From: a virus
IMG/VR virus record: IMGVR_UViG_3300042922_000836
Coordinates: 32,001 to 96,000 of that record
Reading direction: 5' to 3' (one strand)
DNA length: 64,000 nt
A model generated the notes under the pieces. It ran no database searches, was not told where the DNA came from, and saw only the letters and a program-made list of their open reading frames with translations. Of the stretch, positions 1-10,038 are shown piece after piece (within the stretch, counting starts at the first letter, position 1; every line of letters starts with the position of its first letter). Position numbers and translations under genes: made by a program.

Positions 1-2523
1 TTTGTATCGTGGGGAGATTTAAGCGGTGGTTATCCTGTTCAATTAGCTGTAAATAATACTGGTATGTATTTCAGGTATGGAATTAGTAATACTACATGGG
101 GTGCATGGAATAAGATTGTTAAAACTACTGATATTCCGACTTCCCTACCCGCAAGTGGTGGCAATGCTGATACTGTAAACGGTCATTCAGTTAATATTGA
201 TATACCAGCAAATGCTGTTTTTACAGATACAATTACTACAATAAATGGTAAAACAGGTGTTATTGCCAAATCAGACATTACAGCACTTGGAATTCCAGCA
301 CAAGATACAATCTATACACATCCCGCAAATCATAGTGCCGATATCATAATAGATGGAACAACAAATAAAAATTTTACTGCGATTGAAAAAACTAAATTAG
401 CGGGAATTGCTTCAGGTGCTGAAGTAAATGTTCAATCTGATTGGAACGCAACATCAGGTGATGCTCTTATATTGAATAAGCCTACGAATGTATCTGGTTA
501 TGGAATTACAGATGTATATACGAAGAATGAAATAGATAATAAAGTATCTGCTGTTTATAAGTACAAAGGAAGTGTTTCTACTTATGCATCATTGCCAACC
601 ACAAATAGAATAATCGGTGATGTTTGGAATGTAACAGATACAGGTATTAATTATGCATGGGATGGAACAGTTTGGGATGATATTGGTGGTATAGAAGCAT
701 TAGCTACAGCAATAAATAATGGTTTAATGTCAAAAGAAGATTTTCTAAAACTTTCAAATATTGAAGCGGGTGCTAATAAATATACACATCCACTAAGTCA
801 TAATGCAACAATGATAACAGAAGATACTACTCATAAATTTGTAACCGATGCTGAAAAAATAATATGGAATGGTAAATTAGATTCTACTATTTATACAGCT
901 AATGATATTTTAGTAAAAATAAAAACAGTTGATGGAAGTGGAAGTGGAATTGATGTTGATTTATTGGATGGAAAACATGCAAGTGAATTTGCTTTAATAA
1001 ATGGTGTTTCCACTCATTGGAAAACAGGTAAAATAGTACATAATGTTATAAATTGTTTAATTAATACAACTCCCACAGAAATTTTAATAAAAACAGGAAT
1101 ACCTTTTATTTCAGCAGCTCATATGCCAGTTATTCACATACAGGGTTATGCCTATGGATTGCAAAGTCCGATTGAGTTGAAAATTGGTTATTATGTTTAT
1201 GGTGGACAACATGGTTGGTGTGGTGCTGTTTCTATGGGTGCATGGAAACCTACAATAAAGCTATTTACATATTTGGTTGGCACAGATAAATATACAGGAG
1301 TTGCGTTGTTAGGTAGTATATATTATCCTCAATTTAGTGTAAATGTTCAAACTGAAATGGGTGGTATATATGAAACAGGATGGTCTATTGAACATAATGG
1401 TGCAAATTCTTCTATTTCAATAATACCTACAACCGATGTAGTAGTTGTTCCTTATAAATCAACTTTTTCAAGTAAAATTAATAATGTAGTTTATAACGGA
1501 TTAACAGATATTTCAATAACTGCTCCCGCTAACGGTGGAAATGCAGATACAGTTGGTGGACATACTGTAGGTAAAGATGTTCCCGCTGATGCAATTTTTA
1601 CGGACACTATAACAACTGTCAATGGTAAAACTGGTGTAATTAGTAAAGCTGATATTGTAGCTTTAGGAATTCCAGCACAAGACAACGATACTATTACAAC
1701 AGTAAACGGAAAGTCAGGGATAATTAGTAAATCGGATATCGTTGCGTTAGGAATACCAGCACAAGACACAGTTTATGCTTTGCCTGTGGCGGGTATTTCA
1801 TTAGGTGGTATTAAAAATGGTACTGATATTACTGTTGATGCAAGTGGAAATGTTACTGTTAATGACGATAGTCATAATCATATTATAAGTAATATAGATG
1901 GGTTACAATCTGCATTAGATGGTAAGGTAGATGATAGTCAGGTATTAACAAATGTTCCAATTAATGCTATATTTACAGATACCATTACAACCGTTAACGG
2001 TAAAACAGGTGCGATTAGCAAATCCGATATAGTTGCATTGGGAATTCCATCACAAGATACTGTTTATAATTTACCAATTGCATCAACAATACTTGGCGGT
2101 GTAAAAAGCGGTACAGATATTACAGTTGATGTTAATGGTAATGTATCAGTTAATGATGATAGTCATAACCATACAATTGGAAATGTTGACGGTCTGCAAT
2201 CAGCTTTAGATGGCAAAGTGGATGATAGCCAAGTATTGACTAATGTTCCAATAAATGCAGTTTTTACTGATACTGTTACTACTGTTAATGGGAAGACAGG
2301 AACAATAGCTAAATCTGATATTGTTGCACTTGGTATCCCCGCCCAAGATACACTTTATACACATCCTGAATTTCACCCAGCGACTATAATAACGGAAGAT
2401 ACAACACACAAATTTACAACAGACACTGAAAAAAATACTTGGAATGGAAAACAGAGTCAAATATCAAGTGGAACAACTGTTCCAACTGGTGGTGTTGATG
2501 GTGATGTTTATTTTAAAGTTTAG
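1..2523 (+). CDS. Tail fibre protein with internal repeats (5'-truncated by window edge)
   Basis: Frame is open from base 1 (FVSWGDLSGG...) with no stop before the ATG at 64. Five 'TTxNGKxGxIxKxDIxALGIPxQD' repeats, HxH motifs, C-terminal 'PTGGVDGDVYFKV'. Confidence 0.8.
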   Translation, partial: FVSWGDLSGGYPVQLAVNNTGMYFRYGISNTTWGAWNKIVKTTDIPTSLPASGGNADTVNGHSVNIDIPANAVFTDTITTINGKTGVIAKSDITALGIPAQDTIYTHPANHSADIIIDGTTNKNFTAIEKTKLAGIASGAEVNVQSDWNATSGDALILNKPTNVSGYGITDVYTKNEIDNKVSAVYKYKGSVSTYASLPTTNRIIGDVWNVTDTGINYAWDGTVWDDIGGIEALATAINNGLMSKEDFLKLSNIEAGANKYTHPLSHNATMITEDTTHKFVTDAEKIIWNGKLDSTIYTANDILVKIKTVDGSGSGIDVDLLDGKHASEFALINGVSTHWKTGKIVHNVINCLINTTPTEILIKTGIPFISAAHMPVIHIQGYAYGLQSPIELKIGYYVYGGQHGWCGAVSMGAWKPTIKLFTYLVGTDKYTGVALLGSIYYPQFSVNVQTEMGGIYETGWSIEHNGANSSISIIPTTDVVVVPYKSTFSSKINNVVYNGLTDISITAPANGGNADTVGGHTVGKDVPADAIFTDTITTVNGKTGVISKADIVALGIPAQDNDTITTVNGKSGIISKSDIVALGIPAQDTVYALPVAGISLGGIKNGTDITVDASGNVTVNDDSHNHIISNIDGLQSALDGKVDDSQVLTNVPINAIFTDTITTVNGKTGAISKSDIVALGIPSQDTVYNLPIASTILGGVKSGTDITVDVNGNVSVNDDSHNHTIGNVDGLQSALDGKVDDSQVLTNVPINAVFTDTVTTVNGKTGTIAKSDIVALGIPAQDTLYTHPEFHPATIITEDTTHKFTTDTEKNTWNGKQSQISSGTTVPTGGVDGDVYFKV
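1771..2352 (+). repeat. Intragenic tandem duplication, 2 x 291 nt (97 aa), in the tail fibre
   Basis: Unit VYxLPxA...DDSHNHxIxNxDGLQSALDGKVDDSQVLTNVPINAxFTDT...QDT starts at 1771 and again at 2062. Confidence 0.9.
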
Positions 2524-2534
2524 GATGGTGCATA

Positions 2535-3305
2535 ATGGCTAATTTTATTCAATGGCAAAATTCAAGCGGTATATATGTAGGAGATCCACCTACAGCAAGG
2601 ATATCACCTCAAAGTACATACCGCTTTTATATGACATCCAATTATACAGGTAATCATAGATTTGATATTCAGTTAATAAATCAATATGGAACACCGATAA
2701 AAGCTTATACTGTAATAAGTTCACAATATCTTAGTTCATCTGGTGGCTATTCAACATATTTTGTATTACAAACATACCCTGAAATGGGATGGACAAGCGG
2801 TGGCACTAAAATTAGAGGTCAATTGTATTATGGTACTACTTTATTAGCAAATACAAGTAACTATGACTTATTATTTCCTACTGCTACTGCTCCGTCTTTT
2901 AATACTTATCAAACAACATATGCCGACACATTAGATATAACTATGTCATGGACAGCATCAACTATTTCTACAGGATCAATAATTGGATATATATTGGAAA
3001 GAAAAATAAACAGTGGCTCATGGACACAGATATATAATGGCACAAATAGAACATTCATAGATACAGAAGTGAAAACAACATGGAATACTGTAGCTTATAG
3101 AGTTTTAGCAAAAAGCAGTTTCGGTTTAAATAGTAGTTATACAACTTCATCAGCTATAACTATAGCACATTCCACAAATAGTATTTATATAAAAAAAAGT
3201 GGTATATGGACTAATGGAATACCTTATGTAAAAAAAAGTGGTGTATGGACTGAGGTAGCTGGTGCTTATAAAAAGATAAATGGTGTCTGGACAATAAATT
3301 CATAA
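2535..3305 (+). CDS. Fibre-associated protein, FN3-like domain plus C-terminal KxxGVW repeats
   Basis: SWTAS...GYILERKINSGSWTQIY...YRVLA resembles FN3. Paralogue of 3330..4082. Confidence 0.65.
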   Translation: MANFIQWQNSSGIYVGDPPTARISPQSTYRFYMTSNYTGNHRFDIQLINQYGTPIKAYTVISSQYLSSSGGYSTYFVLQTYPEMGWTSGGTKIRGQLYYGTTLLANTSNYDLLFPTATAPSFNTYQTTYADTLDITMSWTASTISTGSIIGYILERKINSGSWTQIYNGTNRTFIDTEVKTTWNTVAYRVLAKSSFGLNSSYTTSSAITIAHSTNSIYIKKSGIWTNGIPYVKKSGVWTEVAGAYKKINGVWTINS

Positions 3306-3329
3306 TATAAAATTTAGGTAGGTGAAAAA

Positions 3330-4082
3330 ATGGCAACAGCTATACAATGGCAAAATTCAAGCGGTGTATATTTTACTAATGCTACTCCAATTGTTGCGGG
3401 AACTAATTATAAATTATATTCCTATGTAGACTTGGCTGGATATTACACTATATCTATAAGAGTTAAAGATTCAAATGGAATTGTATTAGGAACTCATTTA
3501 GTACAAAGCGAAGTAAACAAAGGTGCGAATTCTTATTGGACAATAGATGTCACACCATTATTGCAATATGCCGAATTTGTTGCGGGTGGAAAAATAGATG
3601 CTATATTAATTAAAACAAGCGGTTCGTCTGTCACAACAGGAGATTATTTATATACTGTTCCAATACCATCTACACCAAGTTTTACAACATATCCAAGTGT
3701 AAATATTACTGATACAACAGGGATTACGTTATCATGGAGTGCATCTACTGTTTCATATGGTATTATCTCAGGTTACATATTAGAGAGAAAAATAAATAAT
3801 GGCTCTTGGACACAAATATATATCGGAACATCAAGAATATTTAATGATACTGCTGATAAAGTTGTATGGGATACTGTTGTATATAGAATAAAATCATATA
3901 CTTCAGGTATTTCAAGTGTTTATGCAACTGGCTCAACAATTACAATTACTCATGCCTCAATGATTGTAAAAAACAATGGAGTATGGGCAAAAGGTATTCC
4001 GTTTGTGAGGAACAATGGTGTTTGGACAAAAGGTATTGGTGTCTTTGTTAAAATAAACGGTGTTTGGACAAGAAATAAATAA
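3330..4082 (+). CDS. Fibre-associated protein, FN3-like domain plus C-terminal NGVW repeats
   Basis: Shares IQWQNSSG and GYILERKINxGSWTQIY with 2535..3305. Confidence 0.65.
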   Translation: MATAIQWQNSSGVYFTNATPIVAGTNYKLYSYVDLAGYYTISIRVKDSNGIVLGTHLVQSEVNKGANSYWTIDVTPLLQYAEFVAGGKIDAILIKTSGSSVTTGDYLYTVPIPSTPSFTTYPSVNITDTTGITLSWSASTVSYGIISGYILERKINNGSWTQIYIGTSRIFNDTADKVVWDTVVYRIKSYTSGISSVYATGSTITITHASMIVKNNGVWAKGIPFVRNNGVWTKGIGVFVKINGVWTRNK

Positions 4083-4105
4083 AAATATTAGGAGGAAAAA
4101 TATAT

Positions 4106-4480
4106 ATGCAAAATATAATATTAAATAATGGAACACAATTAAATGTTAAAACTGTAGTTGCTGGTGAGGCAACTATTCAAAATACAATAAGAAAAGTATT
4201 GATGTTTAATTTTAGAAAAGCTGATTATACTTTTGACATGCTTGAGGGTTTGTTTAATGTTAAAACAAATACAGATAAAATTAAAATATATGAAGGTGAG
4301 AGCATGTTTCTACACGAAGGTTATAATATTCGTGCATCTATGCTTTTACAACCTGAACTTATAAGCGGTGGAGATGCAACAACTCCCCCAACCTATGAAG
4401 ATATTATCATAATTACCATGGCACAAGAAAGTTATCTTGAAAGACAAATGAGATTATTGTTAGAAGCTCAAGGTGTTTAA
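4106..4480 (+). CDS. Hypothetical tail-module protein
   Basis: AGGAGG RBS, ATG start, followed by a terminator. Confidence 0.55.
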   Translation: MQNIILNNGTQLNVKTVVAGEATIQNTIRKVLMFNFRKADYTFDMLEGLFNVKTNTDKIKIYEGESMFLHEGYNIRASMLLQPELISGGDATTPPTYEDIIIITMAQESYLERQMRLLLEAQGV

Positions 4481-4490
4481 TAATTTAAAT

Positions 4491-4520
4491 AAAGAGGTAG
4501 GATAATTTCTACCTCTTTTT
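4491..4520 (+). terminator. Rho-independent terminator
   Basis: Hairpin AAAGAGGTAG...CTACCTCTTT followed by a T run. Confidence 0.75.
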
Positions 4521-4536
4521 ATATGGGGGTGAATAA

Positions 4537-5598
4537 ATGGCACAACCGATTTTATATAGTATTTCTGCATTTGATAAAATAAAAGAACAGACTTTTAAAT
4601 TTAGTTATTCAGGCAATCAGGCTTATAAAAATAGACTTGTTATACGTAACAATGTAACAAATGCAGTAGTGTATGATAATGTACAAACAACATTTAAATT
4701 GCAACATGATTTACCCGCCAATACTTTAACAAATGGCATTATTTATAATGCTTGTCTTTCTGTTATAGATGGTAATAATGTCGAAACAACATTAAGTGAT
4801 GCAATTTTATTTTATTGTTTTACAACTCCTACATTTGCTTTTACAAATGTTATATTAAACCAAGTGATTGAAAATTCAACATATACAGTAATTTTAAAAT
4901 ATTCACAGGTTGAAAATGAACTTTTAAATGAATACCAAATTATTTTATATGACCAAACCATGTCGCAAGTTTTTACTTCTGGTGTTAAATATGAAACTAT
5001 AAATTTACAAGCAGTTTTAATTAATTTAGAAGATAACCATCAATATTTTATTCAAGCTACAGGAAAAACATTAAACGGTATGTTTGTTAATACAGGTGTA
5101 ATTCCTATTTCTGTTGATTACTTATCTCCTATTACTTTTTCTACAATTTCACTTGAAAATCAATCATCAGAGGGAAATATTAAAATTAGTGCCAATATGT
5201 ATTCAATTTTAGGTAAATCAAATCCAGATCCCGCTACTTTTATAAATAATGAATCTGTTGATTTAAAAGCAAATGGGAGCTGGGTAAAATTTGATGATAA
5301 TTTTCTTATTAATAAGAACTTCACATTACAATGTATTGGTAGAAATTTTTCTGATTTTAGTGAAATTTTAACTTTAAGTAATGGAAATTTAAAACTTGAA
5401 ATTAAATATATGAAAGGTAAATTTGATGGCAGTACAGTAGATAAAGTCTTTCTTATTTTACGAGCATACAACAGCTTAACAAATTACGAATTAATAAGCA
5501 ATTACATTAATGTACCAAATCTTGATACATGGTTAAGTATTTGGGTTAGACATATTGATAATGTATATGAATTAAAGATAGGAGAATATGTAGTATGA
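4537..5598 (+). CDS. Tail/baseplate structural protein (Ig/FN3-like)
   Basis: Beta-rich 353-aa ORF in the structural module, coupled to the next gene. Confidence 0.55.
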   Translation: MAQPILYSISAFDKIKEQTFKFSYSGNQAYKNRLVIRNNVTNAVVYDNVQTTFKLQHDLPANTLTNGIIYNACLSVIDGNNVETTLSDAILFYCFTTPTFAFTNVILNQVIENSTYTVILKYSQVENELLNEYQIILYDQTMSQVFTSGVKYETINLQAVLINLEDNHQYFIQATGKTLNGMFVNTGVIPISVDYLSPITFSTISLENQSSEGNIKISANMYSILGKSNPDPATFINNESVDLKANGSWVKFDDNFLINKNFTLQCIGRNFSDFSEILTLSNGNLKLEIKYMKGKFDGSTVDKVFLILRAYNSLTNYELISNYINVPNLDTWLSIWVRHIDNVYELKIGEYVV

Positions 5599-6497
5599 TA
5601 TTTTTAGGACAAGGATTTTGTTCTGGTAAACATTCGTTAGATTATACAGTAACAAATGTATCAGAAATTAACAATGTTTTAATTCAGAACGGTATTTTTA
5701 CTGATTTGTTTATGACAAAAAATACTACATATACATATTCGTTAAGTATTGATGGTACATGGGATTTTGATACAGTTATGTATGCAAAATTTGACGGAAA
5801 TTTACATGCTGGTAACATTGAATTCGTTGCAAATCAAGTTTCAATGTTAAGAATTAAACGCAGAAAACAAGGAACTTATGATTGGACAACTCTTTATGAA
5901 GTTCCGATATTAACAACTGACGATTTTAACTTTGAACGTTTTGATAACTTCGCAAGAAGTGGTACAAAGTATGAATATGCAGTTATTCCTATAATTGGTG
6001 GAATTGAAAGCGGTCTTATCATCAATTCTGTTGAAAGCAATTTCGAAGGTTTATTCATAATAGAAAAAGATAGAGCCTTCGGTACAGAACTTGAAGTTGA
6101 TGTATCGGCAGATAAAAATGCACCTTATTCCATTGTAAATACGATAAACAGAAAATATCCTTATTATGTTAAAAACGGAAATAACAATTATTATAGTGGT
6201 ACTGCCACAGGATTATTTATTGAAAAAGTAAATGGCGATTATGAAGTTAATCCCCAATACGATTGGGAAAGAAGTCATTCTATTATGGAATTTTTATCAG
6301 ACGGTCAAGCAAAAATTTTAAAGAATGATGATGGTCGCATGTGGATGGTCGGCATTATTGGTAATCCGTCTGAAAGATCTGAAGAAATCCAAAACAAAAA
6401 AATTATTTCCTTTGATTGGGTTGAAATTGGTGACTGTGAATCAGGACATGAATTATATAATAATGGATTTATTGATGTTGATTATGAGGGGGTGTAA
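5595..6497 (+). CDS. Tail/baseplate structural protein
   Basis: ATGA overlap with the upstream gene; position in the tail module. Confidence 0.55.
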   Translation: MIFLGQGFCSGKHSLDYTVTNVSEINNVLIQNGIFTDLFMTKNTTYTYSLSIDGTWDFDTVMYAKFDGNLHAGNIEFVANQVSMLRIKRRKQGTYDWTTLYEVPILTTDDFNFERFDNFARSGTKYEYAVIPIIGGIESGLIINSVESNFEGLFIIEKDRAFGTELEVDVSADKNAPYSIVNTINRKYPYYVKNGNNNYYSGTATGLFIEKVNGDYEVNPQYDWERSHSIMEFLSDGQAKILKNDDGRMWMVGIIGNPSERSEEIQNKKIISFDWVEIGDCESGHELYNNGFIDVDYEGV

Positions 6498-6502
6498 TAC
6501 TT

Positions 6503-7636
6503 TTGTATAATATTGAACAAGCTGATATTGATATAACAAAACAGTCTATTCAAGAGTATTACTGCAAAATAGAATTACTCAACAGAGATATGAAAACCAT
6601 TGATGAAATGTCAGGTGATCTAATATCTGGTAGTTTGACAATTGATGCAGATTCCGATATAAGACGGACATGTGATGTAACATTTCATGTAAAAGATAAA
6701 AGCTATTTAATTGGTTCAGATTCAAAAATCTGGATAGATAAATTTATGAGAATTTACATTGGAATTGTACATCAACGTTCTAAAACAATAAGATGGTATT
6801 CATTGGGTATTTTCATTTTTAATGATAATTCATATAGTTATGACAATCAATCTAAATCTTTAAGTATAAATTGTGCTGATATGATGTGTAAGCTCACAGG
6901 AACAAGAAACGGTCAATTACCGAGTTTAACTACAGAAATTCCTGTGGATAGTAATATAAGAAATGCTATGATTTCAACAATAACACAATTAGGATGGGTA
7001 AAAAAATACATTATAAATGATATTAATAAGCTTGTTCCTTATGATTTAAAATTTAGTACAGGTCAATCTGTATACGATGTTATAGCTAAATTACGTGATT
7101 TATACCCAGCTTGGGAAACATATTTTGATGTTGATGGCACTTTTATTTGCAAACAAATACCGACAGGAACTAATGAAGCTGTTATTATTGATGATAGTGT
7201 TTTATCGGATTTATTAATCAGTGAACCTTTGAGTAACAGCTTTAACGGTATAAAAAATGTAACTCGTATATATGGCAAGGATACTGTTTTTGCAGAATAT
7301 AAAGAAACTTCTGTTGATAATCCATTCTCAACTGTAAATATCGGTGAAGAAATTGTTCAAGTATTTGCAGATGGAGATTATGCTAAAATTACAACAAATG
7401 AATTAGCAATGGAAAGAGCAAAATATGAAACTTGGAAATCTACATATTTAAAAGATCAAAGGTCTTTTAATATGCTGTATATTCCCTTTCTTGATGTAAA
7501 TCAGAAAATTTCATATAGGTCAACAATAACTAACAATATCGAAACTGATATTACAAAAAGAATATCGGTTTCTTTTTTAACTGGAACAATGACAGTAGAT
7601 ACTGTAAAATTTTATCCACTTTATGAGTGGTTATAA
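6503..7636 (+). CDS. Baseplate hub-like tail protein
   Basis: TTG start. Motifs 'IDADSDIRRTC' and 'WETYFDVDGTF' resemble siphophage hub proteins. Confidence 0.55.
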   Translation: MYNIEQADIDITKQSIQEYYCKIELLNRDMKTIDEMSGDLISGSLTIDADSDIRRTCDVTFHVKDKSYLIGSDSKIWIDKFMRIYIGIVHQRSKTIRWYSLGIFIFNDNSYSYDNQSKSLSINCADMMCKLTGTRNGQLPSLTTEIPVDSNIRNAMISTITQLGWVKKYIINDINKLVPYDLKFSTGQSVYDVIAKLRDLYPAWETYFDVDGTFICKQIPTGTNEAVIIDDSVLSDLLISEPLSNSFNGIKNVTRIYGKDTVFAEYKETSVDNPFSTVNIGEEIVQVFADGDYAKITTNELAMERAKYETWKSTYLKDQRSFNMLYIPFLDVNQKISYRSTITNNIETDITKRISVSFLTGTMTVDTVKFYPLYEWL

Positions 7637-7649
7637 AGGATGTGAATAA

Positions 7650-8621
7650 ATGAATCAAATATATAATGATTTAGAAAATAAATTCCCTGTAGAGGTTGAT
7701 GATTTTCCCCGCTTTTCCGATCCTGATTTAACAGCTATAGGATATATTAATCAGTATTATACTTTATATAATGCTGGTGATGTGGCGGGTGCAACAGCAA
7801 TATTAGATAGTTATCCTCAACTAAAGACAATGATATTTAATGCCTCAAATATGAATAAAGAAAGAGATGCAATTATATCTGTTCAAAGATTTTTCTTTGA
7901 TGAAGTGCAAACATATTTAGTTGAAATAATTAAAAACAAAGGTGTTTATAATGCCTCTGCTACATATACCAAATATGATGTTGTTAGTTATGTAAATAAT
8001 GGTGCAACTGAATACTATATGGGTATTGTTAAAGTTATTCCTGTTGGTACACTTCCCATTGATACCAATTATTTTATAGCTTTAGTATTAAGAGGTGAAC
8101 AAGGTGCAAGTGGTATAGGTCTTGCTCCGAGAGGTGCATGGAACTCAGCAACCGCTTATTTAAAAGATGACTGTGTATCTTATAATAATATTTTGTGGCA
8201 ATGTTTAAGTAATAATACTAACACAATACCTGTAGATGGTAGCGGTGTTTGGGTAGCAATTATGCATAGTGCTTCGCAAATTTTATTTGGAACTTCAGCA
8301 CCTACATCACAAGCAAATGATGGAATTTGGTATCAAGTTGATGCTAATGGAAAGAAGAGAGAATTTAGAAAAACCAATGAGGGTTATGTTGAATTATTTG
8401 CAACAACAAAATCAAATAATGTTTCTATGGTTGATGGTTCTTCTTTAGAAGATAAAATGAATTCTCATACTCATTCACCAATATCTATCATACAAGATAC
8501 AAATAATAAATTTGTTTCCGATGTTGAAAAAGAAAAATGGAACACAAAACAAACTGCGATTACATATGGTACAATCGATCCGACAGGTGGTAATAACGGT
8601 GATGTTTATATCAAAATATAG
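7650..8621 (+). CDS. Tail fibre/baseplate protein with carbohydrate-binding-like (ChiC-BD-like) repeats
   Basis: 'GAWNSATAYLKDDCVSYNNILWQC' and 'YNASATYTKYDVVSY' repeats; C-terminal 'PTGGNNGDVYIKI'. Confidence 0.6.
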   Translation: MNQIYNDLENKFPVEVDDFPRFSDPDLTAIGYINQYYTLYNAGDVAGATAILDSYPQLKTMIFNASNMNKERDAIISVQRFFFDEVQTYLVEIIKNKGVYNASATYTKYDVVSYVNNGATEYYMGIVKVIPVGTLPIDTNYFIALVLRGEQGASGIGLAPRGAWNSATAYLKDDCVSYNNILWQCLSNNTNTIPVDGSGVWVAIMHSASQILFGTSAPTSQANDGIWYQVDANGKKREFRKTNEGYVELFATTKSNNVSMVDGSSLEDKMNSHTHSPISIIQDTNNKFVSDVEKEKWNTKQTAITYGTIDPTGGNNGDVYIKI

Positions 8622-8649
8622 AGTGGGTTCTTTTGAACTCACTCTTTTT
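8620..8649 (+). terminator. Hairpin/terminator
   Basis: AGAGTGGGTTC-TTTT-GAACTCACTCT followed by TTTT. Confidence 0.6.
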
Positions 8650-8663
8650 AAGGAGGAATATTT

Positions 8664-10022
8664 GTGTTTATTATAAAAATGAATTCTGATAAAAGTTTAT
8701 CTGTAGTTAAATCAAGTATTGTTTATGTCGGAGAAAATGGTGCAGAACAAGTTATGATTTTGTTACCGAATATGTATGACAATCATGATTTAAGTACATT
8801 TTCTGTTAGAGTTGATTTGATTACCCAAGGTCAAACTGGTAATGCACATACATTAACATTTGTTGCAAGTGAATATCAAGGATATTTAAAAGCCTATTTT
8901 GATATAGATTATATATTAACTTTTAATTCAGGTCGAATAGAACTTTGGTTAACAATGGAAAAAGTTCCTTTAATTGTTTTAAAGACAAGTTCAACTTTTA
9001 TTCCTGTCAATGACCATGAAATTATTAGTGATTTTATTCCCACATCACAATTGGATTTACTTGATGGTTGGCAAAATAAGATGGATGAAACATATACTAA
9101 TGCTCAAAAAGCAGTAACTGATGCTACAGCACAAGCTAATATTTCAACAGAACAAGCAACAATTTCTTTAAATTCTGCAAATACTGCGGTTCAAAAAGTA
9201 ACAGAGGCTAATACAAGTGCTGGTAATGCTTTATTGAGTGAACAAAATGCAAAAGCAAGTGAAACTATAATTTTAAATAAAGTTACAGAGGCAGAACAAC
9301 ATGCTTTAAATAGTTCAAATTCTGCAATTTCAGCAGAGCAACAGGCTATTCTTGCTTATCAATATGCCCAACAAGCACAGGATGTTGTAACAGGTGAAAT
9401 AATAATAACCGACTTTGCTATTCAAAACAGTAAACCTATGTTTTCTCAGTCAATGTTCAGGGAAAATATTGTAAGTGGTACAGATACTTTATCTATAATA
9501 CTTGGTAAACTTATGAAATTGTATTATGATTTACAACCGATAGCATATAAATCTCAAATATCAAAAACTGATATTGATACAGCATTTGCATTTGAATTAG
9601 ATGGAAAATTAAATTCATCCGTATATACAGCACAAGATATATTAGCTAAATTACAAACAGTTGATGGATTAGGTAGTGGTATAGACAGTGAAACATTAAA
9701 TGGTTTATTTGCAAATGATTTTAAAGCTTATACAAATACAGCTATTGCAGAACTTATCGACCAATCACCTGATACACTTGATACATTATACGAATTGTCA
9801 ACTGCTTTAGGAAATGATCCTAATTTCGCTACAACCATAACAAATTTAATTGCAACTAAAGCCGATGGTAATCATACTCATACAGATTTACATACTCACA
9901 GCAATAAAACTTTATTAGATAGTATTACAACAGATAAGATTAGAAAAACTACCATATCTAATCTTGATCCAATAGATGGTGAAGGTATTGATGGCGATAT
10001 TTGGATTAAATATACACCATGA
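8664..10022 (+). CDS. Baseplate upper (BppU-like)/tail fibre protein
   Basis: Ala/Ser/Gln coiled segment, 'PDTLDTLYELSTALGNDPNFATTI' fibre motif, C-terminal 'GIDGDIWIKY'. Confidence 0.7.
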   Translation: MFIIKMNSDKSLSVVKSSIVYVGENGAEQVMILLPNMYDNHDLSTFSVRVDLITQGQTGNAHTLTFVASEYQGYLKAYFDIDYILTFNSGRIELWLTMEKVPLIVLKTSSTFIPVNDHEIISDFIPTSQLDLLDGWQNKMDETYTNAQKAVTDATAQANISTEQATISLNSANTAVQKVTEANTSAGNALLSEQNAKASETIILNKVTEAEQHALNSSNSAISAEQQAILAYQYAQQAQDVVTGEIIITDFAIQNSKPMFSQSMFRENIVSGTDTLSIILGKLMKLYYDLQPIAYKSQISKTDIDTAFAFELDGKLNSSVYTAQDILAKLQTVDGLGSGIDSETLNGLFANDFKAYTNTAIAELIDQSPDTLDTLYELSTALGNDPNFATTITNLIATKADGNHTHTDLHTHSNKTLLDSITTDKIRKTTISNLDPIDGEGIDGDIWIKYTP

Positions 10023-10038
10023 TAGGAGATGATAATAT

